NCBI GenBank assembly: GCA_964602485.1
Contig: CAZRQU010000004.1
Location: 946 to 63,587, forward strand
DNA from: an uncultured Gammaproteobacteria bacterium
Lineage (GTDB): Bacteria; Patescibacteriota; Patescibacteriia; Patescibacteriales; WJLG01
Reading direction: 5' to 3'
DNA length: 62,642 nucleotides
Shown here: in pieces, positions 8,555 to 17,839 of the stretch
Layout: each line of letters opens with the position of its first letter
Numbering within the stretch: the stretch's first letter is position 1
Made by a program: the position numbers and the translations under genes
Notes under the pieces: generated by a model
The model's input: the letters and a program-made list of their open reading frames with translations, nothing else
What the model was told of the DNA's origin: nothing
Database searches by the model: none

Positions 8555-11500
8555 ATGTCAAATAACGAACAAATGATCAAGGCTGATTTTGATGAAGCTC
8601 GGGCATCGCAATTGCCTTTTGTTGAGCTTCTTCTTAATCTTGGCTATCAATATATCTCTGCCAAAGATGCTTTAACTGAAAGAGCCAGCAATTTAAGTAA
8701 GTTTGTTTTAAAGCAAACCGCTTTTGAGGTGCTGAAAAAATTAAACCCAGAAGTATCGGAAAAAAATATCTCTGATGCCATAGACGAGCTTGATAACATT
8801 CCCCTGGAAGGTTTGATAGATACTTCTAAGGAAGTTTATAATATCCTGATGCATAAGGGCGGTAAGACTGTAGTGGATATTGTGGATGGCAAAAAAGTAT
8901 CTAAGTCTTTGCAGTTTATTGATTTTGAAAACATTAATAATAATGTTTTCGAGGTAGCAGTGGAATATCCGGTAGAGGGCAGGGGCAATATTCGCCCGGA
9001 TATTGTTTTGTTTGTAAACGGCTTTCCTTTTGCTGTGGTAGAGAACAAGAAATCAAGCGTAAATATAAAAGAAGCGCTTAATCAGATGCAGAGAAATCAA
9101 GGAGTTGATTACGCCCCAAGATTTTTTGTCTATCCGCAATTATTGATCGCAGCTAATTGTGATAACTTCCTATACGGCAATACCGGCACGCCTTCTAAAT
9201 TCTATACTTCGTGGAAAGAAAAAGATGTTAAACAAGAACAAATAGATAATGAGATTTTAAAACATATAGCTAAACCGGTATCTGCGGAAGTGTATAATCA
9301 GTTGCTTTTGGATTTAAACGGTTCAACCTTTGGCCACAAACAGGTGTTAAACAGACAGGTAACCGAGCAAGACAGAGGCGTTTATAATATGCTTCGGCCG
9401 GACAGGATTTTGGATATTGCCAAGAACTTTATCCTTTATGATGCCGGCGACAAAAAATCAGCTAGATATCAGCAGTATTTTGCGATTGATAAAATATTAA
9501 AAAGAGTTTCAGAGTTCAAAGAAACAAGAACCGGCAGAAAGAGAAAAGGCGGTATTATCTGGCATACTCAAGGATCCGGAAAATCTTTGACAATGGTAAT
9601 GCTGGTTAAGGCTTTGATAGAGGAAGAAAGTATTATAAACCCGAGAATTATAGTGGTGACAGACAGGATTGATTTGGATAAACAGATTGCTACCACCTTT
9701 AAGAATTGCAACATTAAAAAAGATGTTATTACCGCGCGTACCGGAACGCATTTATTGGATTTGATAAAAGAAAAGAATCCAAATGTTATTACCACTCTGG
9801 TGTATAAATTTATTAAAGCCGGAAGTGATAAGAATAAAATTTCTGATACTGATGAAAACATTTTTGTATTGATAGATGAAGTTCATCGCACTCAAACAGG
9901 CGAAGCCAATTTTAGAATGAATATGGTTATTCCCAATGCCTGCTATATAGGATTTACCGGCACACCATTAATGACAAATGAAAAACATGTTTCTGTTTCC
10001 AAGTTTGGCGATTATATTGATAAATACACCATAGACGATGCTTTGGCTGACGGGGTTATATTGCCCTTGATATATGAGGGCAGGTTTATTGAGATGTATC
10101 AGAATGAAGCTCAAGTTGATGTGCATGTTGATAGAATTGATAGTGATATAGAAGAAGAAAAGAAAAAGGCGTATCAAAATAAAGTGTCCGAGGGGATTAT
10201 TAAAAACAATCCTAAAAGAATAGAGGAAATCGGCTATGATATTGGCAAACACTATGAAAAAGAATTTAAAGGAACAGGATTGAAGGGCCAAGTGGTGGCG
10301 CCCAGCAAGCATTCAGCTGTTTTATTTCAAAAGTATTTTGAGCAAAGCACAAAATTGAATACCGCTGTGATTATCTCCGACATCGGTGCCGGCGAAGACC
10401 CGGAAGATGACAAGAAAAAGGAAGTAGTGGATTTTTTGACTAATGTGAAGCATAAATACAGAGATTTGAAATCCTATGAAACAAATATTATAGAAAGTTT
10501 TAAAAAAGATCCTAACGGCGTTGAGCTTTTGATCGTGGTTGATAAACTTTTAACCGGTTTTGACGCGCCTAGAAATACCGTTCTTTATTTAGCTAAAGAT
10601 CTTAGGGATCATAACCTGCTGCAAGCCATTGCCAGAGTAAACAGGCTTTTTGACAATGAAGAAGACAAGTTACCTAAGACTGCTGGATATATTATAGACT
10701 ATTCGGAAAATGCCAAGAATTTAGATAGAGCGATGAAGCTGTTTGGCAATTATGATGAAGAAGATGTTCGCGGAACTTTGATTGACATAAAAGATAAAAT
10801 TTCTGATTTAGAGAAGTCTTATTCCGAGATTTCGGATTATTTTACAGCAATTAAAAATAAAGAAGATCAGGAAGAATATATAAAAAGGTTTGCTGAGGAA
10901 AAGGAAAGGAAAGACTTTTACGCCTCTGTAAATAATTTGTTGCGCAACTTGAATGAATGCATGACTTTGGAAGATTTTTCCAAAGAGTTTGATAAGCTGG
11001 ATACTTATCAGAAAGATATAAAAAAGATTTTAGAAATTCAAAAGAATGTCAGGGTGCGCTATACAGATGTGGATGATTATTCCGATTATAAGAAACAGCT
11101 GGTCAAGATACTTGATCGCTATGTGGATGCCAGGGAAGCGGAAGTTTTGACCATGCCAATTGACTTGAGCGATAAGGAATCTCTTAATAAAGTAGTTGAG
11201 GGCTTGGATTCAGATGCTTCTAAGGCTGAAGCTATCGCTGCTCAAACAGATAAAGTTATACATGATAATTGGAAAAGCGATCCGGAGTATTATGACAGGT
11301 TTTCCAAAAAGGTGGCGGATATTTTGGAAAAGATGAAGCTTAAAAAAATGGAGGATCTGGATGCCTTTAATCAGCTTAAGCTTTTGCGTGATGAAATGCT
11401 TGATAAAAAGGACGAGGAGTTGCCGAGTGGTATTGAGGTAAATTCCGGAAAAGATGTTTTTTATAGAAATTTACATGATAGTTTTAGGGGCATTGATGAG

Positions 11501-11728
11501 GCGGAGTATGTTGAAATTATAAATAGTATATTTGATATTCTAAAGAAAGAGGTAAAAGTAGACTGGCATAAGAATATGGAAGTTAAAAGGCAGATTATGA
11601 ATAAAGTTGATGACTACTTGTATGATGTTGTAAAAGCAGAAAAAGGGGTTGATTTAAGCAATGAAGATATGAAAAAGATTAATGAGAGGGTGATTGAATT
11701 GGCTGTTATGAATAATGAAATGTTTTAA
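8555..11728 (+). CDS. hsdR: Type I restriction endonuclease subunit R
   Basis: Nuclease motif RPDIVLFVNGFPFAVVENKK. SF2 motor motifs HTQGSGKSLTM (motif I) and LIDEVHRTQ (motif II). Start moved to ATG 8555 (MSNNEQMIKADFDEARASQLPFVELL), excluding the hairpin-derived extension. Confidence 0.9.
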   Translation: MSNNEQMIKADFDEARASQLPFVELLLNLGYQYISAKDALTERASNLSKFVLKQTAFEVLKKLNPEVSEKNISDAIDELDNIPLEGLIDTSKEVYNILMHKGGKTVVDIVDGKKVSKSLQFIDFENINNNVFEVAVEYPVEGRGNIRPDIVLFVNGFPFAVVENKKSSVNIKEALNQMQRNQGVDYAPRFFVYPQLLIAANCDNFLYGNTGTPSKFYTSWKEKDVKQEQIDNEILKHIAKPVSAEVYNQLLLDLNGSTFGHKQVLNRQVTEQDRGVYNMLRPDRILDIAKNFILYDAGDKKSARYQQYFAIDKILKRVSEFKETRTGRKRKGGIIWHTQGSGKSLTMVMLVKALIEEESIINPRIIVVTDRIDLDKQIATTFKNCNIKKDVITARTGTHLLDLIKEKNPNVITTLVYKFIKAGSDKNKISDTDENIFVLIDEVHRTQTGEANFRMNMVIPNACYIGFTGTPLMTNEKHVSVSKFGDYIDKYTIDDALADGVILPLIYEGRFIEMYQNEAQVDVHVDRIDSDIEEEKKKAYQNKVSEGIIKNNPKRIEEIGYDIGKHYEKEFKGTGLKGQVVAPSKHSAVLFQKYFEQSTKLNTAVIISDIGAGEDPEDDKKKEVVDFLTNVKHKYRDLKSYETNIIESFKKDPNGVELLIVVDKLLTGFDAPRNTVLYLAKDLRDHNLLQAIARVNRLFDNEEDKLPKTAGYIIDYSENAKNLDRAMKLFGNYDEEDVRGTLIDIKDKISDLEKSYSEISDYFTAIKNKEDQEEYIKRFAEEKERKDFYASVNNLLRNLNECMTLEDFSKEFDKLDTYQKDIKKILEIQKNVRVRYTDVDDYSDYKKQLVKILDRYVDAREAEVLTMPIDLSDKESLNKVVEGLDSDASKAEAIAAQTDKVIHDNWKSDPEYYDRFSKKVADILEKMKLKKMEDLDAFNQLKLLRDEMLDKKDEELPSGIEVNSGKDVFYRNLHDSFRGIDEAEYVEIINSIFDILKKEVKVDWHKNMEVKRQIMNKVDDYLYDVVKAEKGVDLSNEDMKKINERVIELAVMNNEMF

Positions 11729-11745
11729 ATTTTGTGTTTTGTGTC

Positions 11746-11806
11746 ATTCCCGCGAAGGCGGGAATCCAGAGTATTAAATAAAATAGATTCCCGCTTTTGC
11801 GGGAAT
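11746..11806. repeat. Pair of direct-repeated GC hairpins (attcccgc-gaag-gcgggaat and attcccgc-tttt-gcgggaat)
   Basis: Two near-identical 20-nt stem-loops 41 nt apart, immediately 3' of hsdR. Translated as SFPRRRES.. in the track's extension of the next ORF. REP-like palindromic element. Confidence 0.65.
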
Positions 11807-11815
11807 GACAAAAAA

Positions 11816-12517
11816 ATGGAAGAGAGATGTTTTGCCTGGGGCAAATATAATTTTCATTATCATATTTTTAAGGAGGATAGAAAAACTATCAGTCTTCGCG
11901 TAACTCCAAAGTTAAAAATTATTGTTAAATGTCCAAAAAAGATAAAAGAAAAAGACTTGAATGAATTTTTGAAAAGAAAATATAACTGGACCGCTAAACA
12001 GCTGGATTTTTTTAAGAAGTTTAAAAAAAAGAACGAGAAAGAGTATATTTCCGGGGAAGCGGTTTTGTATCTGGGCAGGCAATACAAGTTGGTAATTGAG
12101 AAGGGTGTGCCGGAGAGAGTTATTTTAAAGGGTGGCAATTTAAACATATTTGTTGAAGACGGCAAAGGAAGTCAGAGATATAATGAGACGATTTTGCGAG
12201 AATGGTATTACGGTAGAGCCCGGGAAATATTTGCAAAGAGATTTTTGGAAATGGCAAAAAAGTTTGATTTTAAATTTGAGCCGATCTTGGTAATAAGAAA
12301 AATGGAAAAGAAGTGGGGAAGTTTTACCGCCAAGAGGAAAATTATTCTGAACCCAAAGCTAATTGAAGCATCGCGCGAATGTATAGACTATGTAATTGTT
12401 CATGAGCTATGTCATTTTAAATATAGAGATCACAGCAATAAATTTTATAGATTGCTAGAATCTAAAATGCCTAATTGGGAAAAGGTAAAGGAGAAATTAG
12501 AAATGAGATTTTTATGA
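11816..12517 (+). CDS. YgjP/DUF45-type (M48-like) zinc metallohydrolase
   Basis: HExxH motif VIVHELCHFKYRDHS near the C-terminus of a ~230-aa protein. Common partner of type I hsdR. Start moved to ATG 11816 (MEERCFAWGKY). Confidence 0.8.
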   Translation: MEERCFAWGKYNFHYHIFKEDRKTISLRVTPKLKIIVKCPKKIKEKDLNEFLKRKYNWTAKQLDFFKKFKKKNEKEYISGEAVLYLGRQYKLVIEKGVPERVILKGGNLNIFVEDGKGSQRYNETILREWYYGRAREIFAKRFLEMAKKFDFKFEPILVIRKMEKKWGSFTAKRKIILNPKLIEASRECIDYVIVHELCHFKYRDHSNKFYRLLESKMPNWEKVKEKLEMRFL

Positions 12518-12732
12518 GCAGGAGAGGGAATAAACAAGATGAGGAATTTTTAGTAAAGATTATCGTGGTTGGAGTGGTGTTTATTATTGTCTTTGTAGCT
12601 GTTTTTGTAAATAGCTATGTCAGAAATTGTATCTGGGAATGGCCGATAAGATGGGATGTTAAAACGTGTTGGAATGAGCAAATTGAGCCATCAAAAGAAA
12701 AAGCAACCGAAGAAGCAGCAAAATTTTGGTAG
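12514..12732 (+). CDS. Hypothetical small membrane protein (72 aa)
   Basis: ATGA start/stop overlap with the upstream gene. One hydrophobic helix, IIVVGVVFIIVFVAVFV. Confidence 0.4.
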   Translation: MSRRGNKQDEEFLVKIIVVGVVFIIVFVAVFVNSYVRNCIWEWPIRWDVKTCWNEQIEPSKEKATEEAAKFW

Positions 12733-12792
12733 TTTAATTTTTAATTATTTTTTTGGGACTCGGAGTCAAATTTAAATAATACAAAAATAGTT

Positions 12793-14205
12793 ATGGAAAT
12801 ATTAATTTTATGTGTAGTTTGTTTTATCGTTGGCTTTGGTGTGGGGTCGAAAGAAAAAAAAGATAAATATCAAAATGTGGAATTTGATATTGAAGAAAAA
12901 AAAGAAAATTATGAAAGAAATATGTTTAAATTTTCAGACATGGAAGCCACATATGAAATTATTGAAGCGTTAAAAAAGATGGAAAACACTTATGATAGTG
13001 TTTATATTACTGGTAAGGCTGGTACAGGGAAATCAACTTTACTTAAACATTTTTGTAAAAACACTCAAAAAAATATAGTTGTTCTCGCCCCCACCGGTGT
13101 AGCAGCTTTAAATGTAGGGGGAGTTACATTAAATTCTTTTTTTCAATTTCCATTTGGCGTTATAGAGAAACAAGATGTTAAGTATCTGTATAATAAACGA
13201 GAAATTTTTAAAAAATTAGATGCTATTATTATAGATGAAGTTTCTATGGTTAGGGCGGACATGATGGATGCTATTGATTTTTCGCTTCGTATGAATACTG
13301 GGAAAAAAGACACTCCCTTTGGTGGAGTGCAGCTTATAATGTTCGGGGACCTATATCAACTTCCTCCTGTTGCTAAAGGTGAAGTTAAAAACTGTCTAGA
13401 TAATAGATATGGAGGAATTTATTTTTTTAACGGAATAAAAGACATAAAATTTGAAAAAATTTTTTTAACCAAGATATTTAGACAAGAAGGAGATGATGGC
13501 TTTAAAAATATATTAAATAAAATTAGAGAAAACGATATAGAAAGAGGTGATTTGGATGAAATTAATAAAAGAGTAGAGGAATATAGTGATGCTAATAATC
13601 CTGCCATAGTTCTTGCTACCACAAATAGTATTGCTGATAATATAAATTTAACAAAGTTGACAGAAATCGATTCCAAGGGTTTCTTTTACAGAGCCCACAT
13701 TCAGGGAGATTTTAAACCCAGTGAGTATCCAGCTGATGAAAAGTTGAAATTAAAGAAGGGTGCTCAAGTTATGTTTATAAAAAATGATATAGGTCAACCT
13801 AGAAGATGGGTTAATGGAACTTTGGGAGTGATTGAAAAATGTTCAGATGGTTATATAAAAGTTAAGGTAAAAGATAAAATATATAAAGTAGAAAGGTTTA
13901 AATGGGAAATTTTTGATTATAAATATGATCACAACAAAGATAAAATAGAAAAACATATTAAAGGTTCTTTTAGTCAATATCCATTAAAATTAGCATGGTC
14001 TTTTACTATTCACAAGAGCCAGGGAAAGACATATGAAAAAGTGGTAATTGATATGGGGGATGGAGCTTTTTCCCATGGGCAGGCATATGTGGCTTTTAGT
14101 CGTTGTGTTAGTCTAAATAATATTTTTTTAAAACAACCTTTGAAATTTTCAGATATTATTTTAGATAAAAATATAGAGAATTTTCACATAGCAACCAAGC
14201 CTTGA
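12793..14205 (+). CDS. Pif1/RecD-like SF1B DNA helicase with N-terminal membrane anchor
   Basis: Walker A GKAGTGKSTLL, Walker B IIIDEVSMV, LIMFGDLYQLPPV, and C-terminal WSFTIHKSQGKTYEKVVI. N-terminal hydrophobic segment MEILILCVVCFIVGFGVG. Confidence 0.8.
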   Translation: MEILILCVVCFIVGFGVGSKEKKDKYQNVEFDIEEKKENYERNMFKFSDMEATYEIIEALKKMENTYDSVYITGKAGTGKSTLLKHFCKNTQKNIVVLAPTGVAALNVGGVTLNSFFQFPFGVIEKQDVKYLYNKREIFKKLDAIIIDEVSMVRADMMDAIDFSLRMNTGKKDTPFGGVQLIMFGDLYQLPPVAKGEVKNCLDNRYGGIYFFNGIKDIKFEKIFLTKIFRQEGDDGFKNILNKIRENDIERGDLDEINKRVEEYSDANNPAIVLATTNSIADNINLTKLTEIDSKGFFYRAHIQGDFKPSEYPADEKLKLKKGAQVMFIKNDIGQPRRWVNGTLGVIEKCSDGYIKVKVKDKIYKVERFKWEIFDYKYDHNKDKIEKHIKGSFSQYPLKLAWSFTIHKSQGKTYEKVVIDMGDGAFSHGQAYVAFSRCVSLNNIFLKQPLKFSDIILDKNIENFHIATKP

Positions 14206-14260
14206 GTTATTAGTTTTTTATTGAGTTTTTTATGTTTTAGGTTTTATGGGTTTTATATTA

Positions 14261-14338
14261 GGGTCAGGTCTTGCTTTTTGACTTTTTAGATAAATAATAA
14301 ATCAGCCCGCAGTCCGCTTCGCGAGACTGCGGTTAAGC
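14261..14338 (+). repeat. REP-like element, copy A (gggtcaggtc .. cccgcagtccgcttcgcgagactgcggttaag)
   Basis: 5' box gggtcaggtct, an AT spacer, then an 8-bp-stem hairpin ccgcagtc/gactgcgg. Shared with copies at 15857, 17049 and (partially) 15641 and 18632. Confidence 0.7.
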
Positions 14339-14346
14339 AAAAAAAT

Positions 14347-15570
14347 ATGCAAAAAGAAGAAAAAAATTATATTGATTATCATTTGTTGGAGAATAATATA
14401 AATGAATATGTTAAATATTATTCTAAAAGAATACTTAAGGACTCAGATTTTTATAAAGAAGATGAGGCGTATAAATATAGAGCAGTAGCTACTTTTCAGA
14501 AAAAATTTGACCTCAACGCCTCAGATTTAAAGGAAATGATAGAAGAAGCTTTTGCAGATACAAAAAATTTAGTTCAGTCAGGAAATTATTTTCCAAAAGG
14601 GATGTTAATAAAATTTATTGCCATTGATCAAGAGTATGTACGTCAGGAATTAAAAAAATTAATTTATAATAAAGATTCGGTAATATATAGAATAGACAAT
14701 TTTCTTAAAAATATTAAGACAAAATTTCCTTTAAAAGATGAAAATTATTATATTGATGCTCGTTTTCTGAGTTTTATTTTAGCAGCTGTGGATCCATTTA
14801 ATTATTTTTATGTAAAAGTACGAGAATATAAAAAATTTGCAGAAATGGTCGGATATAACATATCAATAAAAGGTTCACAAGGAGAAAAATATCAATCAAT
14901 GAATAATTTAGCTGTTATTACAAAAAATATACTAGAAAAAAATTATTATTTTAGGGAAGTGCATAGTATGATAGTTGAGAATTTTGATTATAAAGACTCT
15001 TCATTTAATTGGGGGACTTTTGATTTTATTTTTGACGTTGCAAGGAGAGAAGGGGAGGAATTTAGATTTGTTCAAAATAAAGTAAAATTGAATAGAAAAA
15101 TTTCAGAAAATAATAAAGAAACACAAAAAGATTTTTTGGAAGAAATTTTTTATGAAGAAGATATAAATAAAGAAATTAAAGGCAAAACAAAAGAGCAACT
15201 TCTTTTAGAAGCAAAAAACTATCATCCCGCTAATGAAAATTATAAAAAGAAAAAGGGTGAACATAAAACTAGAATAGAAAACGTCAAACAGAAAAAGATT
15301 GTAAAGGAATTAGAAAATTATGTTTGCCAAGTATGTGGATTTCATTTTAGTTATAAAAATATAAAAGGAGAGATAAAAAAATATGCTGAGGTGGATCATA
15401 TTATTGATAAAAGCCTAGGTGGAACGGAGGAGTTAGAAAATTTATGGGTTTTATGCCCCAATTGTCATATGAAGAAAACATTAGGAGTTATAAAGATAGA
15501 TAAAATTAAAAAAATTGTTACTGAAAATAGAAAAATAATTAAAATAAGGGATAACCATTTAGGCTGGTGA
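14347..15570 (+). CDS. HNH endonuclease with large N-terminal non-catalytic domain
   Basis: C-terminal HNH: CQVCGFHF..EVDHIIDKSLGGTEELENLWVLCPNCHMKKT. The N-terminal EAYKYRAVATFQKKFDLNASDLKEMIEEAF..NLVQSGNYFP resembles the N-terminal region of some McrB-type restriction proteins (from memory). Confidence 0.8.
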   Translation: MQKEEKNYIDYHLLENNINEYVKYYSKRILKDSDFYKEDEAYKYRAVATFQKKFDLNASDLKEMIEEAFADTKNLVQSGNYFPKGMLIKFIAIDQEYVRQELKKLIYNKDSVIYRIDNFLKNIKTKFPLKDENYYIDARFLSFILAAVDPFNYFYVKVREYKKFAEMVGYNISIKGSQGEKYQSMNNLAVITKNILEKNYYFREVHSMIVENFDYKDSSFNWGTFDFIFDVARREGEEFRFVQNKVKLNRKISENNKETQKDFLEEIFYEEDINKEIKGKTKEQLLLEAKNYHPANENYKKKKGEHKTRIENVKQKKIVKELENYVCQVCGFHFSYKNIKGEIKKYAEVDHIIDKSLGGTEELENLWVLCPNCHMKKTLGVIKIDKIKKIVTENRKIIKIRDNHLGW

Positions 15571-15640
15571 AATGAATGTTAGCAAAAACAAACTACATAT
15601 TGGAAGCAGAGCTTGAATTGTAAATTTTATAAAACAGCTT

Positions 15641-15669
15641 GTAGTCCCGCAAAGCGGACTGTGGCTAGG
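15641..15669 (+). repeat. REP-like element, hairpin-only variant
   Basis: gtagtcccgcaaagcggactgtggctagg parallels cgcagtccgcttcgcgagactgcggttagg of the full copies. Confidence 0.5.
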
Positions 15670-15856
15670 AAAAAATTTGAAAAATAAACATATGAATAAA
15701 AAAGAAGAAAAAGAGAAAAATAAAAAACCACAGAAACCCAAGAATAAAAAAATACAGGATAAAACATCTGAAAAAGTAGGAAAGTCTTTTATAATTTCTG
15801 TGGATTAACATAGGAAGTCCGCTTAGTTATAAAAAATAGCTGGATAAGCTTTATTG

Positions 15857-15953
15857 GGGTCAGGTCTGCCTGCCTGCCGGTAGGCAGGGAATTAAGACTT
15901 TTTAAATATTATAAAATCATCCCGCAGCTCGCTTCGCGAGACTGCGGTTAGGT
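15857..15953 (+). repeat. REP-like element, copy B (with extra cctgcc-ggta-ggcagg hairpin)
   Basis: gggtcaggtctgcctgcctgccggtaggcaggg .. cccgcagctcgcttcgcgagactgcggttagg. It abuts the tnpA remnant. Confidence 0.7.
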
Positions 15954-15955
15954 AA

Positions 15956-16123
15956 AAATTTCCCAATGGAAGCTTTTGGTGTGATGGATATTTTGTTCCA
16001 ACTATCGGTCTTGATGAAGCAGCCGTGAGGAACTATGTAAAAAGTATCAGGTCAAAATGCCTAAACCTCCGCTTTGAAGCTATCGCCCGCGTAGCAGGTA
16101 TGATAAAAAACAGTCGCTTTTAG
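15956..16123 (+). pseudogene. IS200/IS605-type Y1 transposase (TnpA/RAYT-like) C-terminal remnant
   Basis: The open frame reads KFPNGSFWCDGYFVPTIGLDEAAVRNYVKSIRSK.., matching the conserved C-terminal ..FW..GYFv.TvG.deeav..Yi..Q of IS200-like TnpA. It has no start codon or N-terminal HUH/Tyr region and begins right after REP-like copy B. Confidence 0.55.
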
Positions 16124-16215
16124 CGGGCGGTAATTTATTTTATATTTTAAGTAAAGAAATTGATTTTTTGAGATATTGAGAGTAAAATAAAAGACTAATA
16201 ATTATATATAATAAT

Positions 16216-17043
16216 ATGAAGTACTCTAAATTATCTTTAATATTCGTTCTTTCTTTAAGTTTGCTTTTATCCGCTTGTTCTCAGGAAAAAAGCCCTGTTC
16301 AGGAAAAAGATAATATTCCAGGATCTGAGGCGTTAGACGAATTGATAGACATTAATAAAGATTACGAAAGTCTTAATCAAGAGATTAAAGAAAAATTGGT
16401 TTCTTTGGAAAATGGGTTAGACATTAAAGAAGGCAGAGATGCTCTTTGGTGGATAGATGGTGATGATAATAATATTTTGATCCAAGATCAAGAAAGTTTG
16501 GTCGTGGCCAAAAAAGAAAACAACTTTTCTGATGAGTTATATGTTATTGATAGAATTTTAAAAAATAACAATTATTCATTGAACAAAAGAAACAGTTCAC
16601 AGAGTTTGGATGATGATAGTTTTTATGACTATATCCAGGCCTATGAGGATGATAAGAATGTTTGCATTGCAAAAGCTAGTCCTGACTCCAGCTCGGTTTA
16701 TTGTGATTCAATGTGTTATGGTTTAACCTTTGTTTGTGCCAGTAAAGAAAAATTAGAAAAAAGTCGCCAAGAACAATTACCATTTATTAAATTTTTAGGT
16801 TTAGAAGATTCTGTTGGTACGGTAAAAGCTCAGGTCGGAGATTTCTACAACGTTAGTGTTAGCCATAGACGAACTGGTCATTACGCAGTATTGAAAAAGG
16901 AAAATAATTCTTTTAGAGAGCTATATAGAGGTCAAGATCTTTTACTTTGTAGTTTAATAGAAAAAGAAGGCATACCAGAAGAGGTGTCTGGTAAAAAATG
17001 CATCAACAATGATAACAGTATCAAAAACATAAGAGGAGAATAA
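16216..17043 (+). CDS. Hypothetical lipoprotein (275 aa)
   Basis: Signal peptide with lipobox LLLSAC at residues ~17-22. No recognised domain. Confidence 0.6.
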   Translation: MKYSKLSLIFVLSLSLLLSACSQEKSPVQEKDNIPGSEALDELIDINKDYESLNQEIKEKLVSLENGLDIKEGRDALWWIDGDDNNILIQDQESLVVAKKENNFSDELYVIDRILKNNNYSLNKRNSSQSLDDDSFYDYIQAYEDDKNVCIAKASPDSSSVYCDSMCYGLTFVCASKEKLEKSRQEQLPFIKFLGLEDSVGTVKAQVGDFYNVSVSHRRTGHYAVLKKENNSFRELYRGQDLLLCSLIEKEGIPEEVSGKKCINNDNSIKNIRGE

Positions 17044-17048
17044 ATATT

Positions 17049-17118
17049 GGGAGCAGGTCTTGTTTTCCAAAATTTTAAAAATCAGCCCGCAGTCCGCTTC
17101 GCGAGACTGTGTTTAAGT
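17049..17118 (+). repeat. REP-like element, copy C
   Basis: gggagcaggtcttgttttccaaaattttaaaaatcagcccgcagtccgcttcgcgagactgtgtttaag. Translated in the track's extension of the NERD ORF. Confidence 0.7.
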
Positions 17119-17121
17119 AAA

Positions 17122-17829
17122 ATGGCGATATTCATTAAACCAAAAGAATATAGGTTTTATTCTCAACAGAACTATCTTCATATTTCAGAGCTTATAAGTA
17201 GAATTGCTTACTACCTAATGTTTGTTGGTTTGTTATTGATCCCTATAATCGTTATAGCTGCGATAATGAAAGAGTTTAGCGAATATGGAGTAATAAGTTT
17301 TCTGTTTATTTTCATGTTCGCACCTGTTTATTTTATATATTATAAACTTGCAAAAAAGTTTAATAAAGAGCGAAAGTCTTATAACAAGGGAAGATGGGGG
17401 GAGAAATTTTTAAAAGGAAAACTAAGTGAGCTTTCAGATGATTTTTATGTAATACCTGGCCTTTTTATAAACAGAAAAAGAGCCAATATAGATTTTATAG
17501 TTATGGGCCCGACTGGTATATTTGCTATAGAAACAAAAGAATCTTACTGGCTTGAAAAGAATAAATTTAACAAAGCTAGGAACAGAATCGCTAGAGATGC
17601 AAGATTTTTAAGAGAAGATATATTGGAGCATTTGAAAAAAGATAATAACTTTTATGTTCGACCGGTTTTAGTTATAGCCGAAAGAAGGCCTGGTATTAGT
17701 ATGTATAATTGGACCGCTGTTATGAATAGGAATGAAGTGGTGGAATACGTTGAAAATTATAAAAATAAATTACCCGTAAAGTTTTTAGAAGAAGTAAAAA
17801 TAGAACTCGAGAATTTTTTGAATACATAA
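17122..17829 (+). CDS. NERD (nuclease-related domain) protein with two N-terminal TM helices
   Basis: KGRWGEKFLKGKLSEL..ANIDFIVMGPTGIFAIETKE fits the NERD pattern. Start moved to ATG 17122 (MAIFIKPKEY). Confidence 0.75.
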   Translation: MAIFIKPKEYRFYSQQNYLHISELISRIAYYLMFVGLLLIPIIVIAAIMKEFSEYGVISFLFIFMFAPVYFIYYKLAKKFNKERKSYNKGRWGEKFLKGKLSELSDDFYVIPGLFINRKRANIDFIVMGPTGIFAIETKESYWLEKNKFNKARNRIARDARFLREDILEHLKKDNNFYVRPVLVIAERRPGISMYNWTAVMNRNEVVEYVENYKNKLPVKFLEEVKIELENFLNT

Positions 17830-17839
17830 ATTTTGTATC

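Noticed and set aside
11732-11815. N-terminal extension of the metallopeptidase ORF (MCFVSFPRRRESR..)
   Set aside because: It reads through two REP-like hairpins. ATG 11816 is the plausible start.
15692-15808. 38-codon Lys-rich ORF (MNKKEEKEKNKKPQKPKNKK..) between REP-like copies
   Set aside because: It lies in A-rich low-complexity sequence, has no RBS and shows no conservation signal. This is not enough support to call a gene.
17047-17121. Extension of the NERD ORF; the same applies to 18623-18685 for the next membrane protein
   Set aside because: Both are translations of REP-like element copies C and D starting at TTG codons. Internal ATGs follow the repeats.
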